DNA of 40,000 nucleotides from Shewanella khirikhana (GTDB lineage: Bacteria > Pseudomonadota > Gammaproteobacteria > Enterobacterales > Shewanellaceae): NCBI RefSeq assembly GCF_003957745.1, contig NZ_CP020373.1, positions 43,763-83,762 of the forward strand, read 5' to 3'. Of the stretch, positions 21,480 to 27,664 are shown piece by piece. Position numbers and translations under genes: made by a program. Each line of letters begins with the position of its first letter. The first letter of the stretch is position 1. Below the pieces are notes generated by a model. That model made no database searches, was not told where the DNA came from, and saw only the letters and a program-made list of their open reading frames with translations.

Positions 21480-21914
21480 TTAGTTGCCTTTTTTATGGAA
21501 TATAAGGCTATAAGATGCAATAGAGATCATTAAAATTTGTACTAGAGATATAGCAACAGCCACTACTACCCATGGCATTAAACCGGTAAACACAACAGTT
21601 ATTGATGAGAGTATGAAGGTTAACAGTAACGTTATCAGCGTTACTAAGTAAAGTTCACCAAAAACTCTGAAGTAACCGTACTTTGCATAGCTCAATATTC
21701 TTGGTTTATCACTCATACCCACGATCACGGCTAAAGCCGTGATCAAGAAACCTAACATCGTAAAGCTGAATGTTGCCAGTATTGTCAGCAAAACATCTGA
21801 TTTGCTAGCTAGCTTCCCCAGCAGAGGCTTCGATATCCCCGCTTTCAGAAGGAAGTGCAAACCGATCCCAGGCGCTAGCATTACAGTAACTAGCAACATC
21901 CTCAAGCCTATCAT
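21480..21914 (-). CDS. rexB: RexB-like four-TM membrane protein (abortive-infection ion-channel component)
   Basis: It has four predicted TM helices. The preferred start is the ATG at 21914, preceded by aaaggt with 7-nt spacing, which gives 144 aa, the same length as lambda RexB. The central segment GMSDKPRILSYAKYGYFRVF resembles my recollection of lambda RexB ...GSRTRRLAKIREYGYMTSV.... It lies directly downstream of a RexA-like gene. Confidence 0.6.
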   Translation of the reverse strand: MIGLRMLLVTVMLAPGIGLHFLLKAGISKPLLGKLASKSDVLLTILATFSFTMLGFLITALAVIVGMSDKPRILSYAKYGYFRVFGELYLVTLITLLLTFILSSITVVFTGLMPWVVVAVAISLVQILMISIASYSLIFHKKGN

Positions 21915-22761
21915 TTGAATACCTTTCATCGTTTCTATATTCTGCCAGCTTCAAGCTCAATGGTTGATTCGCTAGCTTTTTCTCTGCAATCCTAGTCGCT
22001 ATACTCATTTCAGACGATTCAAGGTAATCGTTTATAAAGCCATTACCTGCGATATAAAAGTCTGACAACGACTCATCTAACGACTCTTTGGCCCTAACCA
22101 TGTACTTCTCAAGACCATCACCTGAAATCACATTTGTTAGAGCTGGAATATGTTCCTTAATATCACAACCGCGACGCGGTTTAAATGTAACTTCTATAGC
22201 ATCAATCTCATCAGGAAGAGTACCGCCAAAAAACTGCCCAAACTGCACGAACGCATTATTTGAGGCAGATACTTCAAAAGTTGTTCTACCAACTGAGTTC
22301 ATAGTCATGACATCACTTGAGCTAACCTGCACAGGAAATGGAGTAGCAATAAATTCATACGTCAATGACAGCGTTGAAAGCAGTTGTTCTATGAAGTAAA
22401 CAAAACTAGAGTTTTTTGGTCCTTGGCTAGTTGATGCAATCGCATAATGATCATTCTCGATATAGACATAGCTGGCGAAACCTACTTTTTCGTTGTCGTC
22501 TAAGTCATCTCTGATGTCTTCATATGTAAAGCTTTCGGAATTTATGATTTTTATAAGCTCGTTATTTTTTGTAGTAATCAGGGTAAACAAATGAGCATTA
22601 TTGCTAGGAATCAAGAAAATTGTTTCACCTGAACGAGATACAAATGACCGCTTCAAATGTGCAGGAGCATTCTGAACGTATGCTCGCAGTAAGTCTAAGA
22701 CGGTATGACGATACTTATTATCATTACGCTTAAAGTGATAAGAATAGTAAGTTAGTTTCAT
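21805..22761 (-). CDS. rexA: RexA-like protein (abortive-infection sensor component)
   Basis: 318 aa. Segments align with lambda RexA as I recall it. HLFTLITTKNNELIKIINSESFTYEDIRDDLDDNEKVGFASYVYIENDHYAIASTSQGP aligns with FLFTKTNDKSLVQKINRSKASVEDIKNSLADDESLGFPSFLFVEGDTIGFARTVFGP. VGRTTFEVSA aligns with IGRTTVKVEA, and TFKPRRGCDIKEH aligns with VIKPKFKRDIKKV. An SD (aaaggtg) precedes the ATG. The 3' end overlaps the RexB-like gene. Confidence 0.62.
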   Translation of the reverse strand: MKLTYYSYHFKRNDNKYRHTVLDLLRAYVQNAPAHLKRSFVSRSGETIFLIPSNNAHLFTLITTKNNELIKIINSESFTYEDIRDDLDDNEKVGFASYVYIENDHYAIASTSQGPKNSSFVYFIEQLLSTLSLTYEFIATPFPVQVSSSDVMTMNSVGRTTFEVSASNNAFVQFGQFFGGTLPDEIDAIEVTFKPRRGCDIKEHIPALTNVISGDGLEKYMVRAKESLDESLSDFYIAGNGFINDYLESSEMSIATRIAEKKLANQPLSLKLAEYRNDERYSNDRLEDVASYCNASAWDRFALPSESGDIEASAGEAS

Positions 22762-22844
22762 TGAAATTAGACACCTTTATTTTTTGGGGGATTTTACAAG
22801 TTAACCACCAAAAAACCAAATGAAATACCGTAAATTGATGGGTG

Positions 22845-23010
22845 AGGCAACTAACAGTTGTATAGTGCGCATGGGGAGAGAGAGAGGACACCTACAACAC
22901 TTCGAAGTCTTGTCGCAGCTAAGCCATGTGCTCAAACGCCCAGCGGCTGCTTCAAGCAGCGGGATTTGTGTATTCCTCGACAGAAGTGCTATGGCTGTCC
23001 TGAGTTTTCT
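22845..23010. repeat. Repeat-core copy separating the Rex-like module from the MTase/HerA/NurA operon
   Basis: cttcgaagtcttgtcgcagctaagccatgtgctcaaacgcccagcggctgcttcaagcagcgggatttgtgtattcctcgacagaagtgctatggctgtcctgag is a diverged copy of the core at 12366-12468. It begins with aggcaactaaca (22845-22856), the inverted partner of tgttagttgcct at 21478-21489. Confidence 0.8.
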
Positions 23011-23028
23011 TTTGACTTGTTTCTGGTA

Positions 23029-24417
23029 CTAACCTGAGTTTCCGTTTATAGCTTCTTTGGCAAAACGCTGAAGTATTTTTGAGCTTGGCAAATCAGCAAG
23101 GGATACAAGCTTATTAGCCATAGCTACTGGAATTAATGCGCTATCATACATGTCGCACTTCAATCTAGCTATTGTATTCAAAACTTTGTCTAAATATCGA
23201 TAATCACTAACTGAAGGTGTTAACTTCTTTTGTTGCATAGGTAGTGTGACTACATACATATTTTCAGAATCAGATTTGAATATTATTTTTCCACCGTAAT
23301 AGCTTGTACTACCAAATGGAGTTTTAGAATTTGGGTCACCTGGATATACATATTTATAAAGATATGGTGTAGATAATATAAGAGCTGTTCCTTTTTTTAC
23401 ATATCCTTCAATTAACGATGCGTGCTCAACACATTGGCCACTTTTCTCTACTCCAGCCAGCTTGAGACCATATTTCATCTCCAAGTAAGAAACCATTCTT
23501 CTCATTGGCTTATGAATATTGGCTGTTTGCCCTGGGAAGCTGAGTGGACCATCTTTCAAAAATAAAGTGTTCTTAAGTAAATCTGGTTTTACAGCTTTTA
23601 ATAACTTAAAAATGTGGGCTAGCATTAACTGCTCTGTTGCCGATGTTACATAACCCATAACGCCCCCAGCACCTAGGATGTCATCTACCGCTTCATGTAA
23701 TCGGAATACATCTGTAATTCTTATTTCCTCACCACATGCAGTACAGGGAGTTAAAAATTTACCCTCAAAGTTGCTTCTATATAATTCTATATCCTTTGTT
23801 GAGCAGTGAGGGCAAGATGCCAATATCCATTTATCATCCCGCTCTTGGTCGTTGAACGTGCTTCCGTCTTTTCTTTCTTCATTTGGAAGATATTCAGAAA
23901 AAAGTAACCACTTTAAAGTTTGACATAGATTTGAACTATCACCTAAATCAGAAGAAAGAAAAAACTCAAACAAAGTTTTTGATATTGTCTCTGTAAGTGT
24001 TCTGCAATCTTTTCTACATACATGATTAGATGGTAACACTAGTTTCAATCTATCGATTTTATTTAATTTTGCAATATCTTCAGGATCAATAAACTTACTA
24101 CTGTCTAATTCCTTTAAATCAGACATCTTCAACATCATCGCACCAAATTGAAAGAAACAGACATTTGAAGATGGGTATCCCTTATCTACTTCAACATCAG
24201 TGTAACCGCCGTCAATTACAACAATTTGGTCAATGCCCGTGCTACCACCTCTGATTAAATGGTGCTCTATACTCTGCAGCTCAATGTCATTCTTCTTTAT
24301 CGGAAGTCTACAGTTTTCTAACAGAGACTTCATTTTTGGATCATTTATAAGCTGACTATGGGCAGATTTGCTGGCAGATTCAAATGGCTTGTATCCTTTT
24401 CCACTGGAGTAGGCCAT
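23029..24417 (-). CDS. NurA-like nuclease with an inserted CxxC...CxxC zinc ribbon
   Basis: 462 aa from the ATG at 24417, which sits 1 nt after the HerA stop (TAAcATG). The ORF-track start at 24483 would overlap HerA by 65 nt. NurA-type motif series: QIVVIDGGYTD, LFLKDGPLSF, LAGVEKSGQ and ALIPVAMANKLVSL. A zinc ribbon (CPHCSTKD...CTACGEE) is inserted. It is partnered with a HerA ATPase, as in archaeal and bacterial HerA-NurA operons. Confidence 0.6.
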   Translation of the reverse strand: MAYSSGKGYKPFESASKSAHSQLINDPKMKSLLENCRLPIKKNDIELQSIEHHLIRGGSTGIDQIVVIDGGYTDVEVDKGYPSSNVCFFQFGAMMLKMSDLKELDSSKFIDPEDIAKLNKIDRLKLVLPSNHVCRKDCRTLTETISKTLFEFFLSSDLGDSSNLCQTLKWLLFSEYLPNEERKDGSTFNDQERDDKWILASCPHCSTKDIELYRSNFEGKFLTPCTACGEEIRITDVFRLHEAVDDILGAGGVMGYVTSATEQLMLAHIFKLLKAVKPDLLKNTLFLKDGPLSFPGQTANIHKPMRRMVSYLEMKYGLKLAGVEKSGQCVEHASLIEGYVKKGTALILSTPYLYKYVYPGDPNSKTPFGSTSYYGGKIIFKSDSENMYVVTLPMQQKKLTPSVSDYRYLDKVLNTIARLKCDMYDSALIPVAMANKLVSLADLPSSKILQRFAKEAINGNSG

Positions 24418-24418
24418 G

Positions 24419-26464
24419 TTAGCATCCTTTTTCGTCGTGTACTTTAGGGAATTTGTGGATTTGAACAGGAATAACAAAAGCACTAGAGTAGGTCTTCATT
24501 CGAACGAAACCTTTATCATTTCCAGAGCTGAATTTTGTTAATGCTGAAGTGAAATCGGCAAAGTCATAGTATTTTTTAATTTCCCTTGTTTCATCATCAT
24601 TGTTCAAATGTGCAATAAACCAGTTTTGTGTGTTTTTAAGAATGTTGGAACTTATTGAGCTAACTTCTTGCGTGGCATAAACCATACCCAAATTAAGCTT
24701 GGCTCCTTCTTTTGCGATTCTGTTGTATATTTGTTTTAGATCTTTGTCGTCTTTTTTGGGGAATAGGTTGTGAGCTTCTTCGAAGTAAAATTGTATGAAA
24801 TTATTTGCATTCATACTAATGAAGTTTTCCATGGCGTCATTGAATATAGCTCGGCATATTCGCTCTGAGTATGTTGCTTGTATCTCAGGATCACCTTGAG
24901 AAAGGTCGACAATAACAATTTTTCCTCTACGTAATGACTTTAATATGTCGATGTCGAAACTAATGTCACTTTTCGATGTGTGCAGACCTTTAAGTGGTGA
25001 AAGCATTTTGAAGCCGCTGACGGAGTTGTTTAACTGTCTCTTTCCTGTAAGCATAACTAGTACAGCTTTCAGGCTCTCATCTGCCCAATCTTTTCCATTT
25101 TTATTTTTATATTTTGTAAAAAATTCGTTCCCTTCTAGCATGCTTGTCCAAACATTTTCAAACCAAGTACATGCGGCGCTCAAACTAATCCCTTTACTTG
25201 GATCTTTTTCGTCGTCTGGAAAGGCAATTTTATTGAGATCTTTGTTGCCAGAGAACTTAATTGTTGTAAAGTTATCGGGTACCTTGAATCCTGATTTGTA
25301 TAGACAGCAAATATAGGCAGCTTTTAGTCGATCGTACCGCGTTGTTATAGATCTACCTTCGTCATCGTTCTTGCCATATCCTTCCGGAGTATCGAGACTT
25401 ATCGAGGTGAAGCTCCCAATATAATGTGAGCTTTCACCATTTTGGCTAAAATGAGAGCATATAAGTTCAAATCCGTCACTGAGGTCTTTAAAGAAATTAA
25501 CCTTCATGACTTTAAAACCATCTTTCTCTATTGTACTAAATCTGTCAGTCCTATTTTCGTAAATTTCAAATATTGCAGTACCCTTGTCCTGGGCATTCGG
25601 ATTGGCATACTCACCATTGATGTCAAAGATTAGTTGACCGGATTTGAACTTTGGAGTGCCATCTTCAGTAAATGGCTCTAGTAGCTCTAAAGGATTGCTT
25701 GGTCTATAAGATTCAACGTCCAGAGTTGCTTTGTCGCTCATATCACAACATGCTGATATAATGGTTTTTACCGTATTAGACTTACCTGTTCGAGTCATCC
25801 CAAATAACGCAGTTCTTTTACCTAGAAAGTCAGTAGGAGTTACATAAACAGGTACATCTTTTTCAGCAGAAGAGAATCTTCTTGATGAACTGTATCTTAC
25901 TTTTCCGATTTCAATATCAGTTGGTCTCCCTACGATATTATCGTCCCTGAAGTTTGCTAGCAATGTTAATACACGAACATTGGGCTTCACTACAGTGTAA
26001 TTATGAGCACTAAAAAAATTTTCTAAATCAGCACCAAATAAAGTGTCATCTCCCTCATTGTAGAAAGTTCCCAGTACACGGCATTCTATTCCTGAAAAGC
26101 CCATTTCATATCTGGTGAAACTATCAATCTTATCTGGTTCAGACTTTAGGTCCACTCCCTCTTTGTAGTAGTCAATCATTGACGCGATAACGTCATTGTC
26201 CGTCGGTAATTTTGCCGGACCAATAACTCTTAACAGCACTGCTTCTTTTACATCTATATCATGCTCATAATAAGCCAAAAGAAAACAACCTTGAGGGATC
26301 CCATTCGCCTTGTATTTTCTAGCATCAGCAACCAATACATTTACCTTGTCATAGTCAATGTAAAATGGTCTGCCAACCTCTATCCCTGTTGCGTACGTTC
26401 CATCTTGTTCTCGCTGAAACATATCTGTTTTTGCAAGATTAATTACTTCGTTGAAGATCCCCAT
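24419..26464 (-). CDS. HerA/FtsK-superfamily ATPase (DUF87-type, HerA-like translocase)
   Basis: 681 aa. Motifs: Walker A FGMTRTGKSNTV, the HerA-typical FDINGEYANP, Walker B GKIVIVDLSQGD, FYFEEAHNLFP, and the sensor region GMVYATQEVSSISSNILKNTQNWFIAHLNN. An N-terminal barrel-like region runs ATGIEVGRPFYIDYDKVNVLVAD...LLRVIG. An SD (aaggag) lies inside the 3' end of the upstream MTase gene, 5 nt from its stop. Confidence 0.8.
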   Translation of the reverse strand: MGIFNEVINLAKTDMFQREQDGTYATGIEVGRPFYIDYDKVNVLVADARKYKANGIPQGCFLLAYYEHDIDVKEAVLLRVIGPAKLPTDNDVIASMIDYYKEGVDLKSEPDKIDSFTRYEMGFSGIECRVLGTFYNEGDDTLFGADLENFFSAHNYTVVKPNVRVLTLLANFRDDNIVGRPTDIEIGKVRYSSSRRFSSAEKDVPVYVTPTDFLGKRTALFGMTRTGKSNTVKTIISACCDMSDKATLDVESYRPSNPLELLEPFTEDGTPKFKSGQLIFDINGEYANPNAQDKGTAIFEIYENRTDRFSTIEKDGFKVMKVNFFKDLSDGFELICSHFSQNGESSHYIGSFTSISLDTPEGYGKNDDEGRSITTRYDRLKAAYICCLYKSGFKVPDNFTTIKFSGNKDLNKIAFPDDEKDPSKGISLSAACTWFENVWTSMLEGNEFFTKYKNKNGKDWADESLKAVLVMLTGKRQLNNSVSGFKMLSPLKGLHTSKSDISFDIDILKSLRRGKIVIVDLSQGDPEIQATYSERICRAIFNDAMENFISMNANNFIQFYFEEAHNLFPKKDDKDLKQIYNRIAKEGAKLNLGMVYATQEVSSISSNILKNTQNWFIAHLNNDDETREIKKYYDFADFTSALTKFSSGNDKGFVRMKTYSSAFVIPVQIHKFPKVHDEKGC

Positions 26465-26469
26465 AAGTC

Positions 26470-27417
26470 TTATCTCCTTTGACTAAATCTTATTTTTGAA
26501 TGTTTCAAGTACTCTTCTTGTGCTTCTATTGAAATCCATCGCCTTCCTAGAGTTTGGGCTGTATATCCTGTTGTATTGCTTCCTCCAAAAGGATCTAAGA
26601 CAAGATCATTTTCGTCTGTAAGCATTTGAATAAAAAATGCTGCTAACCCCTCAGGCATTCTCGCTGGATGGGGGATGATTCCTAGATCTCTGCACTTTCT
26701 ATGATAGTAATCATTAGAACTGGTGTTCGAAAATGCAAATGAGTTCGGTAATCGCACATCTCTACTTGAATCCATTACTTCTAATTCAAAGAAGTTATGA
26801 GCTATACTTCCACCATTATCTTTTAAAAATCCTGTTTCACTTATATCATGCTCAGATGGACGTTTTCCCGCATTGTAAGAACCTTTTGCTTGGAGCTGTT
26901 TTTGCTTTTTGCTATAAGGTCTAAGGACCTTACTGTTATCAGCTTTAGGAAAATCCGATTTAGACATCCACCACACATTAGTATAGCTGTCAGTCGCTCT
27001 TATTCTTTTTTGAGTGACCCAAGGAGCTGGCGAAGGTAATCTTGATGGGTTATAGCAGATAAATTGCTGACATAGACGAAATCCAGCTTCTTCATTTTTG
27101 ACAAAACCCATTAAAGATTCTAATGGAAGTAGGGATTGCACAGGTCGCTTTGGCTCCCATGAATTTCCCAACTCAATTACAACAGAACCATCATCAGTCA
27201 ACAGGCGTGAAAATATAGGAGCCATACTTATAAACCACTCTAAGTATTCTTTTTCAGTTAAATTTCCATATTTCTTTTTTCTATTTAATAGATAAGGTGG
27301 TGAGGTTAAAATTAGGTTTACCGAGCCTTCTATTTTCTTCCCGAGGTTTCCACTGAGGAGCTTAATTGAGTCTCCGATGTGGTATTGTCCTAGTTTAGTT
27401 TTTTGTCTAATTGCCAT
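26470..27417 (-). CDS. Beta-class amino-DNA methyltransferase (N6-adenine or N4-cytosine; N6_N4_Mtase family)
   Basis: 315 aa. The catalytic motif IV, LILTSPPYLL, is near the N-terminus. The AdoMet motif I, LVLDPFGGSNTTGYTAQTLGRRWISIE, is near the C-terminus. This IV-to-I order defines the beta class. It is the first gene of the AT-rich three-gene operon. Confidence 0.85.
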   Translation of the reverse strand: MAIRQKTKLGQYHIGDSIKLLSGNLGKKIEGSVNLILTSPPYLLNRKKKYGNLTEKEYLEWFISMAPIFSRLLTDDGSVVIELGNSWEPKRPVQSLLPLESLMGFVKNEEAGFRLCQQFICYNPSRLPSPAPWVTQKRIRATDSYTNVWWMSKSDFPKADNSKVLRPYSKKQKQLQAKGSYNAGKRPSEHDISETGFLKDNGGSIAHNFFELEVMDSSRDVRLPNSFAFSNTSSNDYYHRKCRDLGIIPHPARMPEGLAAFFIQMLTDENDLVLDPFGGSNTTGYTAQTLGRRWISIEAQEEYLKHSKIRFSQRR

Positions 27418-27664
27418 ACTTATTTATTAATCCCTAAAAGACAGTCGATTTTTCTGTATCGCATTTTTTTTGATAATCTTCATTTAATTTTACTCATGTA
27501 AAAAGGTAACAGGGGCCTACGGTGTACTATTTAACTACAAAAGTAAGTACTCCTATTTTTTGCCCCATTGTACCGAATCTACAGGTTGCACCAAGATGCC
27601 ATATTGGTTTGTGATTGTTTCAGCCCATAAGTCCAAGGGGCTGTCGGCGTCACCGGGAATTGCT

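Noticed and set aside
12197-23032. ORFs embedded in the repeat family (12197..12544, 20891..21286, 21300..21533, 22820..23032). They share the peptide F(D/E)VLSQL(R/S)HVLKRPAAAS, and between diverged copies there are some third-position-like substitutions and an in-frame 3-nt insertion.
   Set aside because: Starts and stops are inconsistent between copies, and the frames run into neighbouring genes or other repeat units. No SD is present. The same substitutions are explained as compensatory changes in a hairpin. I treat them as non-coding repeats, although a vestigial coding origin cannot be excluded without a wider alignment.
24418-24483. N-terminal extension of the 484-aa ORF (start at 24483) overlapping the HerA-like gene by 65 nt.
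   Set aside because: The extension (MLLLFLFKSTNSLKYTTKKDAN) has no SD and overlaps the HerA 3' end. The ATG at 24417 sits 1 nt after the HerA stop codon, a classic coupled arrangement.
27418-27560. A specific sigma-70 promoter for the MTase operon (minus strand TTTACA at 27498-27503 and GATTAT at 27473-27478).
   Set aside because: The spacer is 19 nt and both hexamers are weak matches in very AT-rich DNA, where such matches arise by chance. A promoter probably exists in this interval, but I cannot pinpoint it.
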